A stretch of DNA of 64,000 nt, taken from assembly GCF_022539665.2 (NCBI RefSeq), contig NC_081333.1:1-64000 (forward strand), read 5' to 3'. This document shows, piece after piece, positions 49,600 to 62,982 of the stretch. This stretch comes from Daphnia carinata. Its lineage: Eukaryota. Within the stretch, counting starts at the first letter, position 1. Each line of letters opens with the position of its first letter. The notes beneath the pieces are model-generated. The model was not told where the DNA came from. It saw only the letters and a list, made by a program, of their open reading frames with translations, and searched no databases. Made by a program: the position numbers and the translations under genes.

Positions 49600-50998
49600 T
49601 CATTTCCATCGTCCTAATGGGCGTGAATCTCGGGGCTGGGCGACGACCCTCATTCCTCGAACGACGATCCACGGCGTCTAGTGGTCCTCTTCGGTGGTGG
49701 CGAGGCCCTCCTATATACATAAAAATAAACTATGGTTAAACACTAAATAAAAAAAAATATATACCTGAATATCCGTGGCGACGATCTCAGTCCTCTTCGG
49801 CCTCCAGCGTCCTCTTCGATGGTGGTAGGGCCCTCCTAAATACATAAAAACAAAGTAAGATCATAGTGTAACACTTAAAATTTACAAATAAATACTTGAC
49901 AATTTTGGGCGACGATCATGGTGACTCCGAAGGCGTCCTACATCCTTTTCAATGGTGGCGAAGCCCTTCTAAAAACATAAAAACAAAATAAAATCATAGT
50001 CATACGTAAAACTTAGAACTTTCAATTAAATACTTTATAATTTTGGGCGAAAATTATGATGCCTCCGACGACGAACCTCGTTGTCCAGTGGTCCTCCTTA
50101 GCGATGATGGAACCCTCTTAGATACAAAAAAAAAACATGGTTAGACAATTAAACGTGTAAAACATATACCTGAAACATCTATGACGACGATGTTGGTGCT
50201 CCAGCATCCTCTTCGGCGTCCAGCATCCTTTTCGGCGTCCAGCATCCTTTTCGGCGTCCAGCATACTCTTCGGCGTCCAGCATACTCTTCGGCGTCCAGC
50301 ATACTCTTCGGCAGTGGTGAGGCCCTCTTAAATAAAAAAAAAAATGATTAAGCACTTAAACGTTTTTTAAAAAATACCTCAATACCCGAGCCGACACTCT
50401 CGTTCCTCCAGCGGCGATCCTCGATGTCACGCATCCTCTTCGATGGTGATGTAGCCCTCCTAAATTCATAAAAACAAAATAAAACCATAGTTCAAAACTT
50501 AAAACTTTTAATGAAATACTTGACAATATTGGGTGACGATCAAGGTGGCTCCGACGGCGAACCTCGTTGTCCGTTGGTTTTCTTCGATGATGTGGACCAC
50601 CCTAAAAACATAGAGAAAAACGATTAGACATTTAAAATTGTTAAAGCAATATCTGGTGACCCTTGGCGACTTCGGCGGCGATTCCCGACGTCCAGTAATC
50701 CCTCCTCGGTAGTGTTGCAAGACCTCCTAGGCACAGATAAATACATAGAACATGGTAAAACACTTAAAATTGTTGAATACCTTGCGATATTGGGCTAGGA
50801 TTCTGGCGGTGACCTTCGTTGCCCAGCGGTCCCCCTTCGGTGGTGATGTGGCCCTCCTAGATATATAAGATTTAAAACAAATACATAGTTAGATACTAAA
50901 TTTTGTATTATATACCTCGGAATCCTGGGCGATATTCCAGCGGCTGCGGGGCTATCCTCGTTGCCCAGTGTCCTCTTCGGCCCCAGAGATTGCACTCC
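49600..50998 (-). other. Second copy of the exon/intron-repeat gene
   Basis: Repeated CCTCCTAAATAC/ATACC(T) splice signals on the minus strand; the first exon (..KRTLGNEDSP) is homologous to the exon at 39869. Confidence 0.65.
50201..50312. repeat. 19-bp minisatellite, ~6 copies
   Basis: CCAGCATCCTCTTCGGCGT in tandem, with minor variants. Confidence 0.95.
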
Positions 50999-53900
50999 TG
51001 TATGTAAGGAAGGGACAAAAAATAAAAAAAAATAAAATTTTTTTTTTTAATATTTGAACAGCACCATGTTTCATCTTAATTCTAACAGGCATCAAGTACA
51101 CAAATTACAATTACATTGGATAACAAGTTCCTGAAAAAAGAAATTGTTTATTAATAGATAAAGGGTCAGGAGGTTGTTTGGATTGGGTATTGCTTGTTCA
51201 TGTGTAAACTGTGTGAATTCGAAACATACAAATGTTCGTACAAAAATGATTAGCAAACGACTACGGTAAATAGTTACATAAAACAGTGGAAGAAAATGGC
51301 TGAGATAGTGTTGTGCATAAATAACGAAGTGAGGTGGACTACGCTTTACGCCTTACTTAAAGTAGCCTTAATTTTAACTTCAGATTTACTTATCCTTAAA
51401 CTTAACTTTAGATTTACCTATCCTTAACTTAATTGTAGATTTACTTATCCTAAACTTAATCTACGTTTATCTATTTCATCTAGACTTATCGTACTCCCCA
51501 TCTAAAACAAAACCAGTGCAGAGGCTAAACCAGGTGCTGATGCAGTGCGTTATTAGTGCGTAATCGATGAATCTAAAATTTGCGAGAGCTGAGAACACTT
51601 GCTAAAGTTCTAAGAATAATTAGACGTGGATTGTAAGCAACAAATCTACACTAGTGCACCGCGTGCAGGTGAAAGAGCTACTGAGCTGCTGGATTCTTTT
51701 TTTCTTCCTCTCCCCCCTCTTTTTTTGTGAATGCCCGAGGTTCTTCATCTGTTTTAGGCACTTGGAAACAAACAAAAAATCAAAGGAACGTAGGGTCTAT
51801 TGATGAGGAATGGCTATAATCTTGGGCTCACCTGGAAACAAAAATTTGCCCTTCAACCTGTCGACCTTCAGAATTAGGTCCCTCTACCCTACACTCTACT
51901 TCCGGGAAAGCAATAATGTGGCACGTGTCTGCGAGTATTTAAGGCGTCGTCTAGACGCTAGACAATCACAGTCGTCCAAAGTCTTGCCTCTACAGATGTA
52001 CCACAACTATAACACCGTCGTCGATCGATTCGCCTGTCAGGTAAGTTGAATTTATGTTAATTGTCTTCACGTTTTCTTTAATTGTAGAAAGTATGAGAGT
52101 AACAATTACGAATAAATTAGTTCTAAATCTATGTTAGCCACCTATGGTATACAAATGTACCACAACTATAATACCATCGTCGATCGTTTCGCTTGTCAGG
52201 GAAGTTGAATTTATGTTAACATGCTTTGTTGTCTTCTTTAATTGTAGAAAGAAAGAAAATATCAACTTCCATTAAGTTAGCTCTAAATCTATGTTAGCAA
52301 ACTAATTTTGCATGAATTCAAACTGTTACCAATAGTACTCTGTTTCTTTAGGAAATAACGATTGTTCAGTCCTTTTGCGGGTAGGTGCTAAAGTGTTTAC
52401 TCTGGCTCCCTTTCAAACTGCATAAAATGAGGAATTGAAAATGTATCACTAATTATTAAAAAATTTATAGCATCATACTGTATTCATTATATCTGCTAGG
52501 GTTCATCATTACTGTTATTCATCCCGAAATCATGTACGTTAGTACACACTACTGACCTGCTACTCCTGAATGTAAATAGAAGTTATTATTAAGCATTGAC
52601 AATCTTGCCAATCTTTTCTTATTTTAATCACTTGCAAAACACTATTAAAAAATATCCTCTGCACATGTGAATATACTTGATAATTTGAATGCCAAAAAGC
52701 CAAAACCAGTAACCACTGAGCATTCAAATGTGTTAGTACATCTGATCAGTAACAACACGATCAGAAGGCCTAGAAACATAAAATATAACACAATATAGAA
52801 AATAAAACATTACCCAGAAAACTAAACAATCTGTGTTAACAAACACTAACATTGCAATAATTCATATTAAATATTTATTAAGTGTCAAATTCATAATTTA
52901 TTTAATGTAATTTAAAAGTACAAAAATGGGAAAATTTTCACCTACATTTTGATTAATTCTTGTTAGAAGTCTGGGCAGCTATAATGCCATGTAGAATACA
53001 ATCATTCAATGTTCATTGTTGCTAGTTAAAAATATTATACTCAGCCGAATTATTCTGAGCATTGTTATCGCTGAAAAACTGCTGCAAAAATGTGTTTGTA
53101 ATTCTGGTCAGCCTGTAATAAAACATAACAATATACTTAAAATATAACAATTAAATATAGTAATGAATATATAAAAAATAAAACTAGATATAGCAAGCCA
53201 AATTTCTTATAATTACCATTCCAATATTTCATATTCCAGCTACATTCAGCAGCTAAAAAGACAATTTATAATAAAAATGGAACAGGACTGTATAATAGAA
53301 TAACTCTCCTGCCCTGTAACCACCATTCTTTACACATCACTACAACTATCTAAAAGCAAAAAAAAATCTCACTTGAAAATGACATGGAGAAGTTTTAACA
53401 AAACAATAGGGTTACCTATATAGTTTCGTCACCGTCATCGCTCGCTCCTAAAATTGTCTTCGCCTCTACATTTCGATCAAATCCTGTTGGAAGACTGGGC
53501 ATCCATAATAACATGGAGAAAACTATAGATTTACTGACCACATCTTGATGTTCATTGCTTCTAGTTAAGAATTTGAAACAAACCTGGGCTTAAGTTCCTT
53601 TTTTCTCCACTTTTCTTCTCTTGGCTTAGCTTGTTTTCAGGATTCTCATTCAACGGTAGACGTTTGCTTTTGAATGCTGCAATCAAATTATTACAATAAA
53701 GATTTTCTTGGGCTACCATTGTTTGAAACACCAATCCCTTTCAGCAAATACCCAGCTTCACCATCCTTCTCCTAATATGACATTTCAGATTCAGTTATAA
53801 TCACAAGACAGTCAATTTATATTAACATATTAAATTTAGATAAATTTCCAAACTAACCTCAGGCCGAGAATTTTCCCAACAATGTATTGTTCATAGTCCA

Positions 53901-55725
53901 CGTCACTGAGCGGAAATGAAGCCTGATTTGACACTTTTTTCCTTCATTATTTCAGGCATGACAAAAATCACTTGGATTAGGAAGGCTACGGCGGACGGAT
54001 CCACATTTTAAAGCTCACCTTGCTTATACTGGATGTTTATTCAGAGAAGAAAACTGCCCTTTTGAATGCCCTGCTTCATTTTTGTCTGACAAGAGATGGA
54101 AATAAACAGCATTTCTCAGACAGGCCAATAAACGGAAATTCCTTGTAGGAATCTACGAATTAAGTTATACGTTAACCCTAACCTATGTTAAGTTACCGGA
54201 TATTTTTTTTTTCTTACCTCTTGACTAAAAATTTTGCGCCCGAATGAAGAAAGACCTTTTCTTTCTTGTCAGTTAAGCGCCAGAAAATTCCTTATGCCTT
54301 GTTGTCATACTTTTCCAAATAAGCCGTAATGCGACATGAAAGCAGTAGTCGGCCCTAAACACCTGACTGGCTGTGATTCGGGGCTCACCACCCTCCCCCA
54401 TGCCTGGAATGGGCCAATCACGGGATGACAGGGAGACATTTTCTACAACGGGGCGGTGGCGGGGCTCAGTTCCTGGGTCACACCGATAACCCTGTCGTCA
54501 TTTTAGAAGATGGCGGATTCAATGAAAGTGACAATTGTTGAGTGAGAATTTACAATTTGACTAAAATTACTAATTCTTAAGACTTCACTTAGGTTGATGC
54601 CTCAGTAATTAACTAAATTCCTGAATTTGGATGTATATATTGCCAATGATATAATCTGCATTCTTGAAAATATTTGCCAACACAGTTTTCTGCTGTCTAG
54701 TAAATGTTAATGAAAACTTAAATGTTTGAATCTCCTGGGTGACAACCATACTCAACTTATTCATGTGCCAAGTAAAAATTACCTTTTCTGCTTTTGAATA
54801 ATCTAACTTCTACAAAGAAAGGATTGATGTTAATTAAGATTTTACTAGGAGATGCATGGTGTCAATGCTTGGAAGTAACTCACCCTAAATTGATCGTAGC
54901 CTACAGACTAAGAATGGTTGACACTTCCCGAAATGCAAATCAAGACAGCAGGAAATAGGGTTTCACATGAAAATGACTCAAAATAATGGTAGCTGGTAGT
55001 TTTAGGCAAGAGCAAAATTCGTATTTGCAGCAAATGGTAAGCAATTGTCTTGTATCCAATGATACAACACTTTTATTAAGATTTTTGTGTGCAACGTTAA
55101 ACATAGTTCTTTTATTTTACTTACCAACACTTTCAATGCTGTTGGATTGCAGTTTGTCTTTGTAACTTTTGTTACTGTTCATTGAATTGAGGCTGGTAAA
55201 ATCATGTGTCAGGAATACATAAGAAATAAAAATGCTTAACATCGAACGTTTGCCAAGTTAATGATTTAATTCTACCTATTCTTCCATTCCGCTTATTCAC
55301 TATCTACAATGCTGCAGGATCTCTCTACTTCTGGATACATAGCAAACTGATAAATTTTGACGTTGTAAACGACAGAATTCCTCACCAGAGGGATTAGGTA
55401 GCAACCCTCACCAGAGGGATTAGTTGGCAACCCTCAAGGACCTTGTGCTGTGCTATTGTGGTTTAACGTGCCACATACTTTAGTGCTGGTAGATGAAGTT
55501 CTGCATGACATAATGGAACGCTTCCGTGCTACGAGGGAAAATGAGTTTCGGAATACATCCTTGTTTATAAAGAAAACCTCTAGTCAAACTAAACAGCAAC
55601 AAAGGGTTGTTAATAATTAATAACGAATTACTTGACGAAAAAAAACCATAAAGAAAAAAACGAATCATCACTGAATACAAGTGAGAACATTAGAAATTGA
55701 AGAGTAACGGGAAAAGAATTGAATA

Positions 55726-58700
55726 TTAATTACTTTCAGCTTGAGTGCAAATCCTTTTATGTTTGGTCCAATTCTTTCTCTGGCAGACAGCATCACAATA
55801 GTGAACGGCTTTACAACGACCACATCTTTTCGCTTTCTTCGTTGATTGATGGCAACTGGCACAAATGTATTGATGCTCGGTAATATCTTCGAGTTGTTTG
55901 TGTTTTTCGCCACGTTTTCCTTCATTCTTAAGTAACAGTTGGCTCCAAATGTCTGAAACAGGACGAGGTTGGTCCGCATAGCAAGGAGATAGAAACGTGG
56001 CCAGCCAAGGACTGTTTTCTCCAAAAGGCCAAAATGGGATGGCCTCATATTCTTGAATATCTTTGCCAATTTTTGTCGAATTGAGTCGCAAAATATAGCG
56101 AAGCAGTCGACTTTCTTCTCTTGTAGAAGTTACGAAACAAGGAATAGACCTCGTCTCCTTATTGGCATCATCCGTATAAATTCGCTGGAAATCCGCATTT
56201 ATGTCGTGAATCGACATCTTCCCCCTGTGAACTAGTTTCGGGGCTAAGCTGCTGTCGAAAGCTGATAGCATCAACATGGGGCTGCCAGTTTTATTGGACA
56301 CGATTGGCAAATGAATTCGGAGGTACCAATCCGGTTCACTCGAATCGTCGTCACTAGATGGCGCATTTAGTTCTGCGATCATAAAGAAAGTGTGATTGTC
56401 CTTTACAACAAGACGAAACAAGCAAGATATCATCAATCGAATTTGATGCAGAGCATTCGAAGATGATGTTGGAATGTTGTCAAATTGTTGCTCAAGATGA
56501 ATATCCAAATCTCTAAGCAAAAAATCCCCAATAACTCTGTCCGCTCGACTGATGAATTGAGCAGGCCATGGCTCATAGACAGCCTTTTCGAAAAACAGCC
56601 GAATCTCACCGGGTTTGTAAGGCATAGCCACTACTGTCTCGGCAATGAAAGGAAATGGCACTGCGAACGTCAACGTTTGCGAATCAAACGGTTGGTCCAT
56701 TATCAGGGTGATGTGGTGAACAGACTCACAAGGCGGTTGATGGTCCATAATCCAAGAGAGACCCGGAACAAATTGCAATGGCCCTAATAAACATTGGCAT
56801 CGTTACGCTGATACTTAAAAAAAAATCACTAGTTCATCATTTAAAACTCACCTTCGCCTTCTCGTTCATCTTTATAGCAACAATAGATAGTGACGATGTA
56901 CTGCGATTCCGTCTCAAGGCAGTCAACTATTGACATGGAAGGAATAGAGTCCAAGGGTGTTGGGTCAGCGAGTTCATCCGGCAAAGTGTGCCCAGGATCA
57001 GCAAAGGGATATGACTGAGTGAACGGTTCCGTTTGAAGTGAACGCACAGGACCAAGGGGGATGAGTGGCAGTCCCGTTTGAATATCGACGATGACTCCAC
57101 TATGAGTTTCACTTAATCCATGGTCGGCTATGAGGGGAAATGACACTGTAACCCAGCCAGAAGTATAATTTTTGTTGAAATGCAGAAGGATATTGTCAAT
57201 GCAATGAGCCACTGAGGCATATTGGGAAATGTCCAGTGGCTTGTCCATGGGCAAATCTCCATAAACGACGTGAGGTAACAAAATCAGACGGAGTTTCGGT
57301 TGTCCCATCGATTTGGTTTTGGCTTCATAGAATGCTTTCATCTCTATACTGCATTCAGAAAAGGTTAAAACATAATAAAATTTTTGAAAAAATGTAACGA
57401 TTTGGCGCAGAAAATTACCGATCGAAAGACACCCTGGCTGAAAACAGCAAAACAGCCGCCATTTGAGCAAGATGTTGGCGGATACGATCGGCTGCTTCTG
57501 GGTCTAGATGAGCATCTGCAATGCGAGGGAACATGGAAAGCCACACCCATTGGGAAAACGTTCGCCAGGTCAATAGGCTGCACGGGTCCAATTCTGTGGA
57601 GAGTTCTTGAACTTGCCTGAAGCCATCAAATCCCCTATTCATCCGCTGGGCCGCTGATCCAGCTATGTAAAAGAAAGTCATTGGAGTGTAGCATTCCGTT
57701 CCACATATATCATCCAGTGTTTGTTGCTGTTGATTGGGTGAGAAACAGCGATAAGCCAAACGTTTTAACCATGGGTTTAAGGATGCCAAGTAATTCGGTC
57801 GCACGTTCTCGTATGATTGAGTCCTTTTCCAGATAAGGCAGACAGTTGTGTTGGTTGAACTTTCGGGTCGAACTGAAGAGCCAATAGGGAGTGGATCAGC
57901 TAATCTCAGGCCGTAGACAGTCGGCAGCATGGCGAGGGGTGCGCAAAGAGCTTCTTCAACGTAACAGACGACAGTTGGGGCAAACTTCGACCATGAACTG
58001 GTTTCCACAAATATGACAGATTCAGCTTCTTCACTAAGTCTTTTCCCGGCAGCGCTGAGCATGTTAGCTAGTCCAACTTCATCCGACAATCCAGAACAGT
58101 CAATAACGTCAAATATTTCCGTCAATGTGAAGCAGAGTTCAATAGGATCTCCCATGTGTAGAACCCACTTGATCTTTTCCATTTTCTGTCGATACAGAAT
58201 CAGCTGGTTCAGCAACACATTTTGGCAGTAGTGTGTTACCGCACAGCCCTCAGCGGCCTTATGCGGATCTAATGCATTATTAAGAGGCAATGGAAGATAG
58301 CTGTTGAAAGGAGAAACGGTATGATGCACAATCCAGCGCTTGCTTTTCGTCTCTAATAGTGTCGGGTTAATGAATTTCCCTTTACATCCACCCGGGATGC
58401 CGTTGTCCAGTTCGAAAAAAAAATTATGGGCTTCGAAAATTACGGCAGTTTTTATAGGCTCCGGAAAGTGCTCTACCCCCATATGAACAGCTATACGACG
58501 AACTAGCTCAAAATCTTGTTCCTCTTCTGTCATGTCTTTAGACAGACCTGCACACCAACCAGCCCTATTTGCAGCTGACCTAGGCCAAATGATAATACAG
58601 CTAGTTGGAAGAATCTTATGAAATCAACATAAAGGACTTTTACCTGGCATGAAGTATAGCTTCAATATTGTCAGATTTCTTGGAATCGACCAACAACAAC

Positions 58701-59257
58701 CACTCTTTCCACACCCATTTGAGTGATTGGAGGCATTTACCAGGGTGGACCTCCATATTTGCAGGAAGATTGCCATTCAAGAGATCCTTAATATCAGTCT
58801 TGAATCTCAAACTCATCTCTGGGCTGCTCCAATACACACCATACCAGACTTCCCATATATATTCGAGATCTTCATTTTTCACAGGGTCGAACTCAGGCGA
58901 TGAAATTATTTTCACCATCAAAACATTTCTTGCAATGTTTGTTAAGCAAGTTCCAGTGATATGGTAATGCAGTGTTCTTGGATTCATAGACTGAGAAACA
59001 GTTGTCTCCAAAGCTTTTTGAAGATCCTCACACCCCAGAAACAAGGTCTACGTTGCAGAGGGTAAGAACAGAAATTAGTCTGGTAAATGACCTTGCATTC
59101 ACAGTAATTAGCAATATTTAAATAACACCTTAATGTTTGTCGCTGCTGGTCTAGCGTCGAACAATTGCAGAACATTACGTGATCCACTTCTTTCATAAGG
59201 GAAAAAAGTTGGGGATGCAATCTCTAAAATAATTCGACGAGCTGGAGAGATATGCAT
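55726..59257 (-). CDS. DUF4470-like / C-terminal MYND zinc-finger protein; exons 59257-59129, 59047-58644, 58579-57419, 57348-56852, 56783-55726
   Basis: Four GT-AG introns (81, 64, 70, 68 bp) join the ORFs in frame. N-terminal FFPY...LFLGCEDL motif, FDVIDCSGLSDEVG, and MYND CASC...CGRCKAVHYCDAVCQRKNWTKHKRIC. Confidence 0.88.
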
Positions 59258-60055
59258 GCTAACCCTTTACGTTCAGACAATTCAGTTTTATAGTTTAACT
59301 GAAATCAAGACAATGTAGGGACTGACTAGTTGGGTGCGAACAGATTAAACATCGTTTTTTCACTTTAACGCCGAGCAAAAAACGCGAGTCATTAGCGATG
59401 CTGTAACATGCCTGACTGTAAATGGCCACTTTTCAAAATGGCGACTAGGGTCAACGAAGTCAGATTCTTAATAATGGTAAGATCATATAAATTCAACCGA
59501 AAAATATCTCCAGAAAAAATATGTAAATAAAAATCTTTAATGAAATGCGTTTTTAAAATGGCTAAGCCTCACAGCATATTTTTCAACTGCGAAGAAAAAA
59601 AAAATGCATCAATCTTGCACTTTTTGGGCTGTACCCTAACTGTAAGACGTCACCTAAATCAACAATAAATTAAGCGTTACATGAACGCAATAGCAAAATG
59701 ACAGCTAAAATAACCATCAACTTCGAACGATACTGCATGATTCATTAAATATTCCCACTTTTTAATGGCAAAATACTACATTTTCGTTGCCTCAGCTGTG
59801 GTGTTTTCCAGAATGACGTTTTCTACTTTTTCTCTCAGCTTTTCTGCATAAGCAAACAAAACTGAAATAACCTATTCACACACTATGCTCTGCTTCTTCA
59901 ACAGTAATGAGATCGATTGGCAGATGACGAAATTCTGCCATGTTCTGATAATTTTATAAAGACACGGTTGAGAAGAAACAATTCACTTTATTTATTTCTC
60001 CTGTACGTCAGTGTTCCCGGGTGACAGTTGCTTATCTGTCGCTTAATCACGTCAA

Positions 60056-61710
60056 TCAGACCTTTTTGACAATTTGCACGACATCTTCGTCGTTGAGGAC
60101 GTGATCTTTTCCAACTCGTTGGGGTTGATGTTTCACAGAAGATCCCCAGACAAGAGCGCTGTAATTATAAGAAAGGAAAAAATTCACCATAAATAGCAAT
60201 GAACTTTGCTGCCCATTAAATGGCTGCACGATAACGGCATCACCGCCTACTATTTGAATTCCTTGATGATGGTCCGGTGAAGTTTGTTGCAGAAATCCTC
60301 CATGGTGCACCTGTCCGATTGCAAGACGACTGGCGAGTTGTAGTCGGGTAATTGTCCCTTGGGTTTCGTGTAACTGTGGAAGTAGATTTTTTTTTTTTTT
60401 TTAGAATGTAAATTTAAGCAACACGAACTAATAGCTCTAAAAATTAACGCACATTCGCATCAGTTTTAGGTATTGCCACATTTTCTCGAGCAGGTCGTCA
60501 AAGTTCCACTTGTGATGGGCAGAAATGGGCACACAGTGAGGAATCTTGTAAATCACATCCAATTCCTCAATGCTGATTTGGTCTGTTTAAGGAACACACA
60601 ATTCAAAATTTATAGATTTTTTTTGACAAATATAAAAAGGAAAAAAGGTACCAATTTTATTTAGTAGGTAGATGCAAGGGATGTAGGCTCGGTTTCCCTC
60701 GATAATATCAATCAAATCATCGGCCGTCGCATCATAGCGCAGAGTAACATCAGCATTATGAATTCGGTACTCAGACAAAATGGTTTTGACAATGTCCAGA
60801 TCGAGCTCGCTTTGAGGTACCTAATGTGACAAAAAAAAAAAACCAACAAAAGCAGATAAGAACAGAAACCTCCAACGAAATTTCAAGGATAGATTACAAG
60901 TGTTTGAAGGTTGACTCCGCCCTTTTCTTTACGACGGAAGCCGATATTGGGTGGCTGCTTGTTGAGGCGGATGCCAAAACCTTCCAATTCACGCTGAATA
61001 ATCTTCTTGTGCTGCAGAGGCTTCAGCACATCCAGCACGATAAAGATGAGGCTGCAAGTCCTGGCCACAGCAATGACTTGCCTACCACGACCTTTACCAT
61101 CCTTGGCGCCTTCAATAATGCCAGGCAAATCTAGTAGCTAAACATCCAATTCAAAAGGAAGATAGCAAGATATCAAAAGCATTATTTTTTTTTAAAAAGA
61201 AAACTATGCCAACGTTAAGTACCTGAATTTTTGCACCCTTGTAACGGATGCAACCAGGGACAGTCGTCAATGTGGTGAATTCATAGGCTGCAACCTCTGA
61301 ATAAACTCCTGCCAACGTGGTGAGCAACGTACTTTTGCCCACCGATGGGAAACCTGATTGCAAAACAAATGATTATGATCAGAAGATGCTTAATTTGTAT
61401 CAGCCTTAGTTTGCCACTTGTCTTAATGAAAATTTTTACCAACAAAACCAATTCGGGCATCTCCTGTTTTGGCAACGTCGAAACCCTCGCCAGGGCCACC
61501 GCCACCTGATTTTGGTGTGAGTACTTCTCTCCTGAGCTTAGCCAAACGAGCTTTCAGCAGCCCAAGATGTTGAGCAGTTGCTTTGTTTCGTTGCGTCCTG
61601 GCCATCTACAAACGAAAACCATAGAAGTCAAAGTGACATTTATTCCAGGTCAATAATTGAAATCATACCTCAGCCTCGATGGCCGCAATTCTTTCCAAAA
61701 CTCCACTCAT
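60056..61710 (-). CDS. DRG1: Developmentally regulated GTP-binding protein 1 (128up), multi-exon
   Basis: [24 protein letters not shown]..., [42 protein letters not shown], and TGS C-terminus [15 protein letters not shown]. Confidence 0.97.
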
Positions 61711-62982
61711 TTTTCAGTTGTTATCGGAGTTTTTAATTGAGACAACAAACAACAGAACGAAAATCCGAAATTCGGAGCAGAAATGCCTAGCACGGCGACA
61801 AATCCGTCGGAAAAGAAGAAAAGTGTGACACGTTCATGTCGTCTGCTACTCCTACCAGCATCGCCAGATCGGGATAATTGACAGATCTCAAAAATCGAAA
61901 TATTAAAATTCTAGAGAATACAAATCCCCCCCCCCCCCTTCACTGATTTACTGAATAAAACTAGTTTATTGTCAAGAGGCTTTTTTACCAAGTATTTTCT
62001 AGAAAGTGTTATAACGCATGAAAAACGTTCTTCGAAAATGCCTGTTTTAAATGACCATGTAAAGGGAAAGTGAGCAATGGAACAAATCGTATGAGGTGCG
62101 TTAATCAACGCTATATTTGCAAGGTTAAATATGCATATTTCCGTTTTATAAAGAAATAAATTTGAGTGGCTTATTCTGCGCTTGCGCCAGACGTGGCTTG
62201 TCTTCCGAAAATAGAAACGGGAAAAAAACAACACTTATTGTTGTGCCCTGCGGTTCCTTTCCTCCAACGGCTTCAGCCCGGTTCGTTGCTCAGTTCGCTT
62301 TTCTCCCGTCAGTCAGTTCAGCGCAGTCGTGACGATCATACGTGTTTCTCCTTACTTCCATTAATTCCTTCCTGTTATATTGCCAAACGAAACTCGAGTG
62401 ATTTTGTAATTCACATTAAAAGATATTGTTTCCATTTTTTTTTGCACAAAAGTTTTTTTTTCTTGAAAAATTGTAACGTCGAGGAATAGTTATTTCCAAA
62501 CTAGTTTCATCTTCCAAAGTTCCTCAGGTAATTGAACGTGATGTTAAATTGATGACTGTTACTGCGCCTGCGTTTTGTTGTGCATTATTGTTTGTGTGAC
62601 GCGCGATTGCAGTCACGTGTATATTATTTGGACACGGAAAACTTGTGTGTGTGTCATTTGAACATTCATTACTTGGAATTTGAAAATTCCTTGGTTTTTA
62701 CTTGGAAAGGGAGTCGTAATCGCCATCTTTATTTTGTGATGGCGATTATACCTCTGGTGGGAATGGATCTCCAAGGCTGACAGCATGGCGGACGCCTCTG
62801 GGGATGGTAAACTTCGATTAATAAATGCAAAGACTTGGCGATTGTGATTAAAATCGGATTTGGACGTTGGTTAACCAAACTCGTGTTGGCAGTCACGTAG
62901 TCTTCCAAATTTGGAGGACATTGAATTTAGTTTATTATTGTGTCAACTGGTTGATGTTTTGTGTTTATATTTATCTAGGTGA

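Larger units (their letters stand above)
49080..53427 (-). repeat. Right outer arm of the inverted duplication
   Basis: Reverse-complement homology to 37483-42001, and to 43250-43740. Confidence 0.9.

Noticed and set aside
53430..54510. Possible minus-strand gene remnant and GC-rich promoter-like patch
   Set aside because: Splice-like signals and CCAAT/AAGATGGCGG motifs are present, but there is no consistent frame or recognisable product.
55380..55437. 26-bp direct duplication CCTCACCAGAGGGATTAG..GCAAC
   Set aside because: Only two copies in intergenic/3' UTR sequence; an ordinary local duplication.
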